Below are positions 28,383 through 39,177 of a stretch of DNA of 64,000 nucleotides, piece by piece (the stretch's first letter is position 1; each line of letters begins with the position of its first letter). A model generated the notes under the pieces. That model did no database searches. It saw only the letters and a list, made by a program, of their open reading frames with translations, and was not told the DNA's origin. Position numbers and translations under genes: made by a program. Origin of the DNA: Candidatus Poribacteria bacterium (GTDB lineage: Bacteria; Poribacteria; WGA-4E; PCPOR2b); assembly GCA_965116925.1 (NCBI GenBank), contig OZ220744.1:4928001-4992000 (forward strand). Reading direction: 5' to 3'.

Positions 28383-30128
28383 TCACACATCAGCCACGCG
28401 CTGTGCTTTCACCCGCCGTTTCTTTTTCGATTTCTTTGAACTCGAAGCGACTCGTAACCTTTCCTTCTGCTGTTTTTCCTGCCGTTCTGCCTTTCTTGCT
28501 TTTTCTGCATCTTCTTTCGCTTGCATTGCCTCCCGCTTCTGCTCCCGAACGTGGGCTTCATATTCGGCGTAAGTTCCGTAAAATAGATGCGCCGTTCCGT
28601 TCTCAAAGACCAACAGTTTGTTGACAAGCTTGTTCAGAAAATAACGGTCATGCGAAATCATAAAAATGGTTGCCGGGTACTCTGCCAATGCCTCCTCAAG
28701 GACTTCGCGCGACGGTATGTCTAGGTGATTTGTCGGCTCATCGAGGAGGAGAACATTTGCGTTTTCCAAGAGCAGCTTGGCTAGCATGACACGGCTCTGT
28801 TCGCCGCCGCTGAGGTCGCCAATCCATTTGAACACCTCATCCTCAGAGAACAGGAACCGTCCAAGGAAACTGCGAATCTCTCCCTGTTTCTGTGTGGGAC
28901 GCAATGCCCAAATCTCATCAATAACTGTGTTGTTTTGGTTGAGCCCTGCAAGCTCTTGGTCGTAATACCCAAAATGGAGGTTGTGCCCAACCTTCAACTT
29001 CCCTGAAGTTGGCAGTTCGTTTCCGAGGATCATTCGGAACAGTGTCGTCTTTCCCACACCGTTGGGACCGATGACGCCGACAACATCTTGGCGGTAGACC
29101 TCTATATTCACCTCTTCAAAGATTCGCTTATCGCCGTATCGCTTGCCCAAATCCTGACACTGCAAGATGTCGTTTCCGCCCCGTACCTCCGGCGTGAATC
29201 GAAGTTTGATTGTTTTCTCAAGGGTCTCTGGCTTTTCTACCCTTTCAAGCCGGTCGAGCAACTTCTGCCGCCCTTGTGCCTCCCGCGTGCGTTGCCCAGC
29301 CATATTTCGTCGGATAAAGTCCTGCTCATGAGCGATATGCCGCTGTTGCTTTTTATATTCACGTTCCTGTGCCACCCTCTCCGTTTGCCTGATTTCGAGA
29401 TATCTGGTGTAGTTACCGGGGTACTCCTTGAGTTTGTGATTTCGTAACTCGACAATCTTGCGGGCGACGCGATCCAAAAAGTAGCGATCATGAGAAACGA
29501 TGATGACCGCCCCTTGATATTCGGTATTCAGGAAGTTTTCCAACCACTCAATCGCTTTGATGTCCAGATGGTTCGTGGGTTCGTCGAGCAGCAATAGATC
29601 GGGATCTTCAAGCAGCAATTTGGCGAGCGCGGCACGACTTTTCTGTCCGCCGCTCAAGACACCAGTCTTCAAATTAAAATCGCTGTCACGAAATCCTAAT
29701 CCGCCCAATGTTCGATTTGTTTGATACTCATAGTCGTAGCCACCCATGCGTTCGTGCTGTTCTTGCAACTGAGCATATCTATCGAGCAGATTGGGATCTT
29801 CTACCATCTCTTCACTGAGCAGCAGCATCTCATCTTCCAAATCCCGTTGTTCCTGAAAAACCTTGAACATCTCTTGCCGGAGTGAGCAATCGACTGCTAA
29901 ATTGGGCTCTTGGCTGAGATACCCGATTTGCAGTCGTTTCGCGTACCCAACGTTCCCTTTGAAATCCTCAATTATACCGGCAATAATTTCTATCAGTGTA
30001 GTTTTACCGGTTCCGTTCTTCCCAATCAACCCAATCCGATCGCCATGTTCAATTGACAAAGAGACTTCGTCCAGAATGAGGTAAGGGTCATACGATTTTG
30101 TGACTTGGTCTAATCTGACTAATGACAT
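28383..30128 (-). CDS. ABC-F family ATPase
   Basis: Two ABC cassettes (GKNGTGKT, GPNGVGKT; LSGGQ/LSGGE; DEPTNHLD), no membrane segments. Confidence 0.95.
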   Translation of the reverse strand: MSLVRLDQVTKSYDPYLILDEVSLSIEHGDRIGLIGKNGTGKTTLIEIIAGIIEDFKGNVGYAKRLQIGYLSQEPNLAVDCSLRQEMFKVFQEQRDLEDEMLLLSEEMVEDPNLLDRYAQLQEQHERMGGYDYEYQTNRTLGGLGFRDSDFNLKTGVLSGGQKSRAALAKLLLEDPDLLLLDEPTNHLDIKAIEWLENFLNTEYQGAVIIVSHDRYFLDRVARKIVELRNHKLKEYPGNYTRYLEIRQTERVAQEREYKKQQRHIAHEQDFIRRNMAGQRTREAQGRQKLLDRLERVEKPETLEKTIKLRFTPEVRGGNDILQCQDLGKRYGDKRIFEEVNIEVYRQDVVGVIGPNGVGKTTLFRMILGNELPTSGKLKVGHNLHFGYYDQELAGLNQNNTVIDEIWALRPTQKQGEIRSFLGRFLFSEDEVFKWIGDLSGGEQSRVMLAKLLLENANVLLLDEPTNHLDIPSREVLEEALAEYPATIFMISHDRYFLNKLVNKLLVFENGTAHLFYGTYAEYEAHVREQKREAMQAKEDAEKARKAERQEKQQKERLRVASSSKKSKKKRRVKAQRVADV

Positions 30129-30237
30129 AGAGATCCTTTGTATCGTAGAAAAAGAATAGGGAATCTATTTGAGGTGGGGGAGTGTAGCAGAACCGGTTTG
30201 GAGTGTCTCATTAATTCTAAAATCCACTATAATCAAG

Positions 30238-30672
30238 TCAATAAGCCTCATCCTCGTCGTAAAAATCTTCCTCATCCATGTATTCGTCGTCGAGCTCTTC
30301 TTCCTCATATTCACTGTACTCATCGATATCCATCAATACATCAAGCTCTCTAGGACTTTCAATGCTTATCCGACAAATCCAGCCATCCCCTTCGGGCGAA
30401 TGATTAATTAGATCCGGATCCTCCTCCAGCAAGGTGTTAATTTCTTTAATCTCCCCGGTCGCTGGCGCATGGATAGAAAACGTGTTACCATCAGTCACTT
30501 CTACTCTGCCCAGCGGTTCATCCTGTTCATATTCATCGCCAACCGCGGGCAGTTCAACAAAGATAATATCACCATACTCTAGTTGGATGCGCTCGGTGAT
30601 TCCAACGACCCCGTCACTCTCTCCAACTTCAATCCATTCATGTGTAGTTGTGAATTTTTTCACCTCGTTCAA
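30238..30672 (-). CDS. Glycine cleavage H-protein-like paralog lacking the lipoyl lysine
   Basis: FTTTHEW, VGIT, GDIIFVELP, APATGEIKEIN, INHSPEGDGWI; lipoyl loop reads VEVTDGN instead of VESVKA. Confidence 0.85.
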   Translation of the reverse strand: MNEVKKFTTTHEWIEVGESDGVVGITERIQLEYGDIIFVELPAVGDEYEQDEPLGRVEVTDGNTFSIHAPATGEIKEINTLLEEDPDLINHSPEGDGWICRISIESPRELDVLMDIDEYSEYEEEELDDEYMDEEDFYDEDEAY

Positions 30673-30728
30673 GATTATTCCTCCTGTATTGCTTAATACC
30701 TACACACTCAAGACTTAATACCAATAGA

Positions 30729-31343
30729 TTATACAGTTTCAGGATCAATCACGTCAATATCTGTGTTGATTCCTCGCAGATTCTGTTGAAAGTTTTCAAT
30801 CTCTCGTTGGCGAATCTGCAGATGTGCGGTTGCATGTTGATCATATTCGACGTTTACCACCTTTCCGCCTAATCTGCTACACAGTTTAAGGACCGACCCA
30901 ATCTGTTCATAAGGTATCCGCACCTGTAGGGTCTTGTAAAAAATCCGAGTTTCAATTTTTGCACTCGCTAAACATTCCCTCGCACATCGACCGTAAGCCC
31001 GAATAAGTCCACCGATGCCAAGATTGATGCCGCCGTAGTAGCGGACAATGACACAGATAACATTTGAGAGTTGAGATGAAGCCACAGCGGCTAAAATTGG
31101 GGGACCTGCGGAGTTTCTTGGCTCACCAGCATCGGTAGCATATTCGCGCTTTTCGCGCCCCCACCCGATGCTGTATCCGTAGCAATAGTGTGAGGCATTG
31201 GGATATTTTTCTTGAACGAGTGCCAGAAATCTTTTCGACCCCTGTATCGTATCAACCGATGTGGCAACCCCAAAAAAGCGGGATTTCTTGACAATCAGCT
31301 TTGATTCCGCTATTCCAACGATGGTTTTGTATTCATCTGACAT
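30729..31343 (-). CDS. yigZ: YigZ/IMPACT family protein
   Basis: KKSRF, ASHYCYGY, DAGEP..SAG, VRYYGGINLGIGGLIRAY. Confidence 0.92.
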   Translation of the reverse strand: MSDEYKTIVGIAESKLIVKKSRFFGVATSVDTIQGSKRFLALVQEKYPNASHYCYGYSIGWGREKREYATDAGEPRNSAGPPILAAVASSQLSNVICVIVRYYGGINLGIGGLIRAYGRCARECLASAKIETRIFYKTLQVRIPYEQIGSVLKLCSRLGGKVVNVEYDQHATAHLQIRQREIENFQQNLRGINTDIDVIDPETV

Positions 31344-31442
31344 AGTGGTTGTGATATGCGAAACGTGAGGCGTAATACGACAGAGCATCCGTGGTTGGTA
31401 GAGGTTAATCCATCATCTTAGTGCTGTCGTATCTCTCGTTTG

Positions 31443-31685
31443 TCACCGCTTAGATGCCTCCAGAATTGTTATCCCGACTAGACGGTCATCGTTGTAATCA
31501 AGGATAATTCCGTCCTCGCGCATTTCACTGTGGTTGGAAGCAGGTAGCCTCTCAAAACGAAGATAGAGCACATCAACCTCTTCATCATAATCCAACCACA
31601 TCTGCTTCTTCGCGAGTTGCACAAGGTGGGAAGCCGCTTGTAGCAGGTGAATGATATTTTTTTCTTCTAATTTCTCGCTCGCCAT
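31443..31685 (-). CDS. DUF2283-like putative antitoxin
   Basis: YDEEVDVLYLRF...GIILDY...LVGITILEAS. Confidence 0.85.
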   Translation of the reverse strand: MASEKLEEKNIIHLLQAASHLVQLAKKQMWLDYDEEVDVLYLRFERLPASNHSEMREDGIILDYNDDRLVGITILEASKR

Positions 31686-31969
31686 ATTATTGTGCCTCGA
31701 TTCACTTTCCGGGCGAGAAAAGCCGTAATGACAAAACCGTCATTGCGATTAATCTCCCGATAGACAACATGTAAATGATTTAACCTCCTAATGGATTGCA
31801 CCGCTACGAGTGTGTGACCGTGCCCACGTAAAATCCAAGTAGGATTCTCAATTGTATCCAGTATTTTATCATAATAGGATTGCATGTAAGGTTTATTACT
31901 CACAATGTGTTGCCATCTTTCGTCAGTGAGACGAATTGGCACACCATTGACTGAATTTGCGATCTCCAC
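31667..31969 (-). CDS. Putative RelE/BECR-fold toxin paired with DUF2283
   Basis: IRLTDERWQHI...VVYRE...GFVITAF; overlaps the DUF2283 gene. Confidence 0.7.
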   Translation of the reverse strand: MEIANSVNGVPIRLTDERWQHIVSNKPYMQSYYDKILDTIENPTWILRGHGHTLVAVQSIRRLNHLHVVYREINRNDGFVITAFLARKVNRGTIIWRARN

Positions 31970-31984
31970 TTTTTTTACTTTTCC

Positions 31985-33142
31985 TCAATAACGCTGCTCG
32001 ATTGAAAATGAGTACACAGATTTACCCGTTTCGATGCGAATCTGCTCCCCGCCATTTTCTGTCGGTCGCATCTGCGGCGTATAGGATGCGTTTATATAAA
32101 TCCCGCTAATCTGCAGGCCAAGCCCCAATGTCAGCCCTTCAGTCTTCCAGAGTCTATCCTCAAACTCCATTTGTTCAGTTCCGAGATCAAGGATTGAACC
32201 GAATCGCTTTTCGGTGTGACGCAGATAACCTATCCGTCCACCGATGAAATCACGATACCAGACAGTTCCATCAAAGTTGGTTCGGACACCATCTTCAAAG
32301 GGTGGGTTCAGATCCAAGCCAATCAGGATATCTACATTGTTATAATGGAACTGGTAACTCCCGCCCAGAAGGACATCCCGACGGATCTTATCGGGAATGG
32401 AGTTATCAGTAAACGATAATCCGTTGCTCAAGTTTCTAATCACGCCACCGATTCGGAGGTGTTCTCCAAACTGCTGGATCAGCCCTAAATTATAGGCATA
32501 ACCGTGCCCGATATGCCGGTTATTCTCAGCATCCTGTACTTTAGATCGCAGCCACCTGGCATCAGCACCGATAGCGAAATCTCGAAACAGTTTAACCGCA
32601 TAACTAACTCCAATCGCAAAGTCAGTTTCAGGAAAACTGTTCGTCGCTTTTCCAAGGTGATTAACGCGGCTGAATCGTCCCTCATGTCCGACCGCGAAAT
32701 CGAGCCCAAAGCCGCCTGCTGCCCCCAAAGGCTTGCTGTAGTTTATAAACTCAAGTCCTGAGGCATGCATCGCGTACTGACCGTGGTCTTCGTATCGTTC
32801 AAGCTCGTTCAATTTTGCAGTAACGGCAACAGTGCGTGGAAACCGTGAAACGTTTGTGATGAGACGGTTGCTATTGATGAAACTAAGCCCGGCAGGATTG
32901 CTGTTAAGGGCATTTGTCCCTAAAATTGAACTGCCAAAGTTGTCCCCCATCCTCAGATGCTTTGCTGATGCAAGCCTTCTGAGAAACGTATTTGTTGATG
33001 CGTAAAAATCTTCGTTGATCGCTTGGGCTGAAGCAGGATTTTCCCCACCGAAGAGAAATAGCAGTGTGATGAGTATGATTGCCAAGCTGCGTATTGCGTA
33101 AAACGTGAGAGGTGAAAAATAGTAAGATTGGTTCTTATTCAT
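31985..33142 (-). CDS. PorV/UPF0164-like outer membrane beta-barrel protein
   Basis: Signal peptide, LRMGD..NALNSNPAGL N-terminal motif, amphipathic strands, terminal Tyr. Confidence 0.6.
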   Translation of the reverse strand: MNKNQSYYFSPLTFYAIRSLAIILITLLFLFGGENPASAQAINEDFYASTNTFLRRLASAKHLRMGDNFGSSILGTNALNSNPAGLSFINSNRLITNVSRFPRTVAVTAKLNELERYEDHGQYAMHASGLEFINYSKPLGAAGGFGLDFAVGHEGRFSRVNHLGKATNSFPETDFAIGVSYAVKLFRDFAIGADARWLRSKVQDAENNRHIGHGYAYNLGLIQQFGEHLRIGGVIRNLSNGLSFTDNSIPDKIRRDVLLGGSYQFHYNNVDILIGLDLNPPFEDGVRTNFDGTVWYRDFIGGRIGYLRHTEKRFGSILDLGTEQMEFEDRLWKTEGLTLGLGLQISGIYINASYTPQMRPTENGGEQIRIETGKSVYSFSIEQRY

Positions 33143-33268
33143 ATTTAGAGCTGTTTACAAGGAGGTATTTTTACACAGACTTCCAACCTATTGACCTAAA
33201 CAATGTCAATGCTGACCTCTATAATCAATTTTCGTCTGTTGGGCTTTTGATTTGTTGTACGTAAACAA

Positions 33269-34129
33269 TCAAATCTTCAGTTTTTTAGTAGGGATTTTAA
33301 TTTCTGCGCGATGAATCGCATCTGTCATTTGAGCAACCTGACATATTGCCTTTACATCGTGTACGCGAACGACATCGGCGCCGTGGGCAATCGCCCACAC
33401 GACTGTCGCAGCAGTGCCTTCCAACCGATCATCTGGATTGGGCAGATTAAGAATCTTCCCAATGAACGATTTTCTGGAAGTACCAATAAGGATGGGTTTA
33501 TCTAGGCTCTGAAACGCATCAAGACAGCGTAAAATCTCCAGATTATGCTCGGCGGTTTTACCAAATCCGATACCGGGGTCAATCATAATTCGATCGGGAC
33601 AGACTCCCTCCGCCTGCGCTTTATCAACGCGTTGTCGAAGAAAAGCCAAAATTTCAGGAATGAGGTCGCGATAGACTGGCGAGCGCTGCATTGTGCGGGG
33701 AACCCCTTTCATGTGCATGAGAATCAGCCCGGCATCCATCTCCGCAACCACTCTCGCCATATCTCCATCACTCAGCGCTGTAATATCGTTGACAATATTC
33801 GCGCCTGCTTGAAGCGCACCGCGTGCGACCACAGGTTTATAGGTGTCAATTGAAAGCAGCACTTCCGTTCTGTTTGCAAGGGCTTCAATCACTGGTAAGA
33901 CACGGGCTAACTCTTCATCTGCGGAGACAGGTAAGGCTCCCGGGCGAGAAGATTCACCGCCAATGTCAATAATATCCGCGCCATCCTCGATCATCTGATA
34001 GGCGTAGGCAATGGCACGGTTGGCATCAAGGTAGCGACCACCGTCAGAAAAGGAGTCGGGGGTGACGTTGAGGATGCCCATAATCCATGTACGTTCCCCG
34101 AAAGTAAGCGATTTTTCTCGGCAATTCAT
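33269..34129 (-). CDS. folP: Dihydropteroate synthase
   Basis: MGILNVTPDSFSDGG, DPGIGFGK, SRKS, RVHDV. Confidence 0.98.
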   Translation of the reverse strand: MNCREKSLTFGERTWIMGILNVTPDSFSDGGRYLDANRAIAYAYQMIEDGADIIDIGGESSRPGALPVSADEELARVLPVIEALANRTEVLLSIDTYKPVVARGALQAGANIVNDITALSDGDMARVVAEMDAGLILMHMKGVPRTMQRSPVYRDLIPEILAFLRQRVDKAQAEGVCPDRIMIDPGIGFGKTAEHNLEILRCLDAFQSLDKPILIGTSRKSFIGKILNLPNPDDRLEGTAATVVWAIAHGADVVRVHDVKAICQVAQMTDAIHRAEIKIPTKKLKI

Positions 34130-36018
34130 GATGCAATCGGAGAAGTTTGGGGACGGGGCCCAAGGATTTCTTCAATATCTTCTGTGATAAGTGTTTCGCG
34201 TTCGAGCAACTCATCAGCGAGCTTCTTCAGCCCATCAAGATTTATTTCAATGAGGTTTCTCGCTCGATTATAGCACTCCATAACAATGCTATGAACAGCT
34301 TCATCAATTTCAATTGCTGTCTTGTCGCTATAATCTTGGTGATGTGCAATCTCTTTGCCCAAAAAGACCTGCTCTTCACGTCGTCCGAAGGAGAGTGGTC
34401 CAAGATCGCTCATGCCCCATTGCGTGACCATCTTACGGGCAATATCGGTCGCCTGTTCAAAATCGTTCTGTGCCCCGGTGGTCAATTCACCAAAGATCAG
34501 TTCTTCAGCGACACGTCCACCGAGCGCGGTGGTAATACTGCCAAGGAGATATTTTTTGTTGAAGTTACGACGTTCTCGAATAGGAAGTGCTACCGAAACA
34601 CCCAGCGATCGCCCCCGAGGAATAATGGTGGCTTTATAGTTCGGGTCATTTTCGGGGATAACATGTCGTAACAAGGCATGTCCCGCCTCATGGTATGCGG
34701 TGACCCGTCTATCATCGTCATTGATGACAAGACTACGGCGTTCGGGTCCCATTAGCACACGGTCTTTGGCTTCATCAAAGAAAATCATTTCAACGGTATC
34801 TTTGTCCTCTTTGGCTGCAAGCAAGGCGGCTTCGTTCACCATATTTTCGATATCGGCTCCTGAAAAGTAGGGGGTCGCCTTTGCGAGTCTCTCCAAGTCC
34901 ACATCTGGGTCCGTTTCAATGTTCGCTGTATGGACTTTGAAAATATCTTCACGCCCTTTAACATCAGGAAGGTCAACAACAATTTGGCGATCGAAACGCC
35001 CCGGTCGGAGGAGTGCCGGATCTAACACATCGGGGCGGTTTGTTGCAGCAATGAGGATAACGCCCTCGGAAGTGTCGAACCCGTCCATCTCCACGAGAAG
35101 CTGGTTTAAGGTCTGTTCGCGCTCATCATGCCCACCACCGATGCCTGCGCCACGATGTCGTCCAACAGCATCCAACTCGTCAATAAAGATGATACACGGT
35201 GCATTTTTCTTGCCCGTCTCAAACAGATCGCGGACGCGGGAAGCACCGACCCCTACGAACATTTCAACAAAATCGGATCCACTGATACTATAAAATGGAA
35301 CATTGGCTTCCCCGGCGACGGCACGCGCAAGTAAGGTCTTTCCGGTGCCCGGCGGTCCCATTAACAGGACTCCTTTGGGGATACGTCCACCCAGTCTCTG
35401 AAATTTCTTCGGATCTTTCAGGAACTGGATGACTTCTTCTAGTCCTTCCTTTGCCTCATCACAGCCAGCGACATTGGCAAAGGTAATCTTCAATTCGCTT
35501 TCAGAGTGGAGTCGCGCGCGGCTTCTTCCGAACGATAACGCTCGATTGCCTGTGCCTTGCATCTGTCTTGAAATGAAAATCATAATCCCTAGGAAGAGCA
35601 GGATTGGCAAGATTGTCGAGCCGAAGATCACAATCCACTGGGGAACAGCCGATGAACGTTCATTATCAAATGGAATTTGATACTCAATAAGTTTTTCTTG
35701 AAGTGGGTATTCAGAGTAAACGTCACGACTGGTCCGAAATTCCTGAAACGTTGTGGATTCTCCTCCACCTCTGTGCATTTCATCATCTAGTAGAACGTGT
35801 TGTGGCTCTCTGAATTTTCCTTTAATCCACTCTTTACCGATTTCGATTTTTCCTTCAAATAGGTCCTTGCTATTTGGTTGTCGAAGATAGGCATAAAATT
35901 CTGATGCCGCAAGCTGATGTACCTTGTCCTTACCTGAACTTAAAAAGTGGTACATAGCATAGGCAACAAATGACGCCATAATCAACCAAACCACAATGCT
36001 TCTCGCACTCTTATTCAC
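34126..36018 (-). CDS. ftsH: ATP-dependent zinc protease FtsH
   Basis: Two TM helices, [20 protein letters not shown]. Confidence 0.98.
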   Translation of the reverse strand: MNKSARSIVVWLIMASFVAYAMYHFLSSGKDKVHQLAASEFYAYLRQPNSKDLFEGKIEIGKEWIKGKFREPQHVLLDDEMHRGGGESTTFQEFRTSRDVYSEYPLQEKLIEYQIPFDNERSSAVPQWIVIFGSTILPILLFLGIMIFISRQMQGTGNRALSFGRSRARLHSESELKITFANVAGCDEAKEGLEEVIQFLKDPKKFQRLGGRIPKGVLLMGPPGTGKTLLARAVAGEANVPFYSISGSDFVEMFVGVGASRVRDLFETGKKNAPCIIFIDELDAVGRHRGAGIGGGHDEREQTLNQLLVEMDGFDTSEGVILIAATNRPDVLDPALLRPGRFDRQIVVDLPDVKGREDIFKVHTANIETDPDVDLERLAKATPYFSGADIENMVNEAALLAAKEDKDTVEMIFFDEAKDRVLMGPERRSLVINDDDRRVTAYHEAGHALLRHVIPENDPNYKATIIPRGRSLGVSVALPIRERRNFNKKYLLGSITTALGGRVAEELIFGELTTGAQNDFEQATDIARKMVTQWGMSDLGPLSFGRREEQVFLGKEIAHHQDYSDKTAIEIDEAVHSIVMECYNRARNLIEINLDGLKKLADELLERETLITEDIEEILGPRPQTSPIAS

Positions 36019-36230
36019 AGCACTTAACCTCTCTTCTATGTCTACAAAAAATTCCGGATGATACTTAGGTAGTGACGTTTCTTGATGGCTAAAAGTTTAT
36101 TTGTCTTTTATCAATAGCCACTCTATCATTCCGCGCAGTTGAAGTATAACAAATGTATTGCCAAATATCAAGTAAGATTCCACTATCAACAATCCTTGCT
36201 TTCCAAAGAGGGTACTAGGCAAATTTAATC

Positions 36231-36260
36231 CGTAGGGAACGCAGATCTGCGTTCCCTACG
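36231..36260. repeat. 30-bp palindrome, copy 2
   Basis: Identical to 3612-3641; lies just downstream of the BNR gene. Confidence 0.9.
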
Positions 36261-36299
36261 TTTTGAAGATCCAGGGGGGTCAGTAAGCGCACGAACTCC

Positions 36300-37268
36300 T
36301 TATGGTACAATCGCTAGCGCACGAACTTCGCCGAATTCATGTGAAAGCTTAGACCATGACGCACCGTCATCGGTGCTGCGGAAAAGCTGACCGTTGACGC
36401 TACAAGCGAACAACCAGCCGGGCACCTCCGGCTGACGTGCCAAACACCAGATTGTGCTGTTGGCTGTCAGTCCAAGATTTGCGCGTTCCCACGATTTGCC
36501 GAGGTTATCGGTGTAGAACAACCCGCCCTCATCTCCGGGGGGACCATTTCCCGCTCCAATATAAACTCGACCTGTGCCATTCATAGGCACATACATCGCT
36601 GCTCGACAGTAGGGCCAGGGGAACCCGTCCCCGACACTGAGCGGCATCCATTCGTTCATGTCTGTCGTAACGCATACATCGTTATTTGTCGCGGCAACGA
36701 GTGCTTTGGGATCGCCGGGGACAACCGTCAACCCGTGAATGTCAAGGCTGCTTAACCCCTCACTTCGCTCTACCCATGTCTCGCCGCCATCGGTGGAGAG
36801 ACGTAGTCCGTCAATCTCAATACCTGCATAGATGGTCTGGTCATCCTCCGGATCAATTGAGATCGACGTTACGCGCGGTATGATTGGCACACCCTCACAC
36901 TCTTCAGCCAACTCAACATCCAACTGGTTCCACGTATCTCCGCCATCGCTTGATTTGAACAGGGCGGACGGACAGGTGCCTGCGTAGAGGACATCAGGGT
37001 TATTAGGATTGATTGCAATCGCCCAGATTTGCAGTCCATCCATAGGAGAATTGATCTGTTCCCAATTATCCCCGCCATTTTGTGTGCGGAAAACGCCGGT
37101 TTCTGTTCCTGCAAAGAGGATTGACGAATCGTTAGGATTTGCAGCGAGGGCGCGAATATCTGCTTCCGGGAACATTCCGCTACTTGCTCGATCCCATGAA
37201 TCACCACCATCATTGCTGCGCCATACACTTTGACCTACTGTTCCTGCGTAAAAAGTTGGTGTTGCCAT
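36300..37268 (-). CDS. BNR/Asp-box repeat beta-propeller protein
   Basis: Repeated SxDGGxxW motifs. Confidence 0.85.
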   Translation of the reverse strand: MATPTFYAGTVGQSVWRSNDGGDSWDRASSGMFPEADIRALAANPNDSSILFAGTETGVFRTQNGGDNWEQINSPMDGLQIWAIAINPNNPDVLYAGTCPSALFKSSDGGDTWNQLDVELAEECEGVPIIPRVTSISIDPEDDQTIYAGIEIDGLRLSTDGGETWVERSEGLSSLDIHGLTVVPGDPKALVAATNNDVCVTTDMNEWMPLSVGDGFPWPYCRAAMYVPMNGTGRVYIGAGNGPPGDEGGLFYTDNLGKSWERANLGLTANSTIWCLARQPEVPGWLFACSVNGQLFRSTDDGASWSKLSHEFGEVRALAIVP

Positions 37269-37357
37269 GTGTAACCTCCTTGAATCGTAAAGCGTGATGC
37301 GTAAAAGGAAAACGAGAGAACCTATCGTTTAAGCACTGTTTCTGTTTGTTTCAACAT

Positions 37358-39151
37358 CTACTCGTTGTGTCTTTTTACTTCACCGGATCCGACCGATTCC
37401 CCCAAGAAGAAAATCTCCCATCGGACGCTTTCAGGGGTGACCTCCGGAGACAGATAAAGCGAATATGTGTAAATAGCTCCATCTTGCACAACTTTCATTG
37501 GGGCTGCTGATATAATGGATTCTGCATTTTGCGCGACCGTGATTTGTGGCGGACTTCCACCAATTGATTGGTTTGGAACAGCGATGATATCCCAATATCT
37601 TGGATGAACGGGATTAGGCAAGACTGTTGCGTCAAACTCTACCTTTTCAATAATCTGCTGTGCGCCATAAGCGTAAGATGAGACACTGTGTCCTGATAAA
37701 TCTTGCTCGGGTTGGACGCTTGGGATGAGCGTAACTTTCCCGACAACCTGCCCAAAATCTAGGATAAGTAGACTCCCTTCTCCCATCTCAGTCAACGACA
37801 TATCGTGTACTGTCATCGGCTGTTCGCCTTGAAACTCAACTGCTTTGACATCGTAAGGGAGACGGTCATCGCCTGCAAAGGAAAGGCTCAAACTACCATT
37901 TCCTGCCCTAGGGTAGAAGGGGATATAGTCTGATGAATAGCTAGCAAGTACATTGTTTTCGACAGACACAGGATATGAACGATGCTCCCGGTGGTGACGG
38001 AGCTTTAGTTGCTCATTCTGATAACCGTATCGCCCATCGGCAAATTCGGTATCATCTAGATAATTTGCGACCTTCCAATCGGCATAGATAGCAGAGAAGG
38101 TTGCTTCTACACCGCGCGAGTGCAAGGCGTTATTGATGCCGGAGATTCCGTTTGCCCGATCTTTCACGATTGCGGCGATCGTTTGTGGACCACCGTAGTG
38201 TTCATGGAGATAGAGCATCCATAAGTACACCGCACCGTAATGGGCGAGTTGGCTGTGTGCTCCTTGAGGCCAATCTATTAGCGAGATACGCGGATTCTGT
38301 TGAAATGATGAGATATGACCTGTTACGTGGTATCCACAAACGAACATAGCATATTCAGCACAACCTTCATTGACCCAGATTGCTTCATCTGCATCATGTC
38401 GCCAGTGGATGAGATGTTCAAATTCGTGGGCGAGCACACCGAACGCTTTCTCGCTTCCTGCGTTTAGGGGATCGGTGTCCAGATAGAGCATATCAAGTTC
38501 ATTGCTACGCACTGGAATACCTATCTCCGGGTGTCTCAGAACGCCTCGGTGCTGGTTCACCGGGCTAAAAAATCCTGCGACGAAATTGCTGCCTCGTGTC
38601 GCTTTATCACGAATGTCCAATAAAAGCAGATAGATCCGCTTATCGCCATCAATATCCGGCGGTGGGCCAAAAAGTTCTGTTTCGATTTCATAGATGCCAC
38701 GATTCGGATCCGCCGGTGTCGCATCATCAAATGCACGGCGCACTGAACGAACTGTTTCTTCATTCACCGTCTGCAACCACTGCGAATCCTCAACGAAGAC
38801 GTAACAGAATTCTCCAATCGCTCGCAATGTGGACTGCACAATATATTGTTCGTGGGTATTAAAATTGACTGAGAAAAAGTCCTTGCGATCTCCGAGTGCC
38901 AGTTGAGGCGCGTTTGGTTGAGCAGGTGCAGAAGGGACTTCAGGCGCATCTTTGAGGAGGGGACCGAAGTGTTCATAAAAATAGGGAGTGCCATCGATCC
39001 AACCATAAGCGGTTGACACTCCCAACAGAACGTAAAGCGTAATACATGAAACGTAATACGTGAAACGTGAAACAGATTTTCTATTCCACATCGCCTGAAT
39101 AAACGCATGAATTAATGAACTCATGAACGTACCACTTCCCCATTTTCTCAT
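37358..39151 (-). CDS. Secreted zinc metallopeptidase (M30/immune inhibitor A-like)
   Basis: AHEFEHLIH...WVNEG; true start uncertain (several downstream Mets). Confidence 0.75.
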   Translation of the reverse strand: MRKWGSGTFMSSLIHAFIQAMWNRKSVSRFTYYVSCITLYVLLGVSTAYGWIDGTPYFYEHFGPLLKDAPEVPSAPAQPNAPQLALGDRKDFFSVNFNTHEQYIVQSTLRAIGEFCYVFVEDSQWLQTVNEETVRSVRRAFDDATPADPNRGIYEIETELFGPPPDIDGDKRIYLLLLDIRDKATRGSNFVAGFFSPVNQHRGVLRHPEIGIPVRSNELDMLYLDTDPLNAGSEKAFGVLAHEFEHLIHWRHDADEAIWVNEGCAEYAMFVCGYHVTGHISSFQQNPRISLIDWPQGAHSQLAHYGAVYLWMLYLHEHYGGPQTIAAIVKDRANGISGINNALHSRGVEATFSAIYADWKVANYLDDTEFADGRYGYQNEQLKLRHHREHRSYPVSVENNVLASYSSDYIPFYPRAGNGSLSLSFAGDDRLPYDVKAVEFQGEQPMTVHDMSLTEMGEGSLLILDFGQVVGKVTLIPSVQPEQDLSGHSVSSYAYGAQQIIEKVEFDATVLPNPVHPRYWDIIAVPNQSIGGSPPQITVAQNAESIISAAPMKVVQDGAIYTYSLYLSPEVTPESVRWEIFFLGESVGSGEVKRHNE

Positions 39152-39177
39152 TTCTCCAGTTCCTCATTTTGCGGAGT

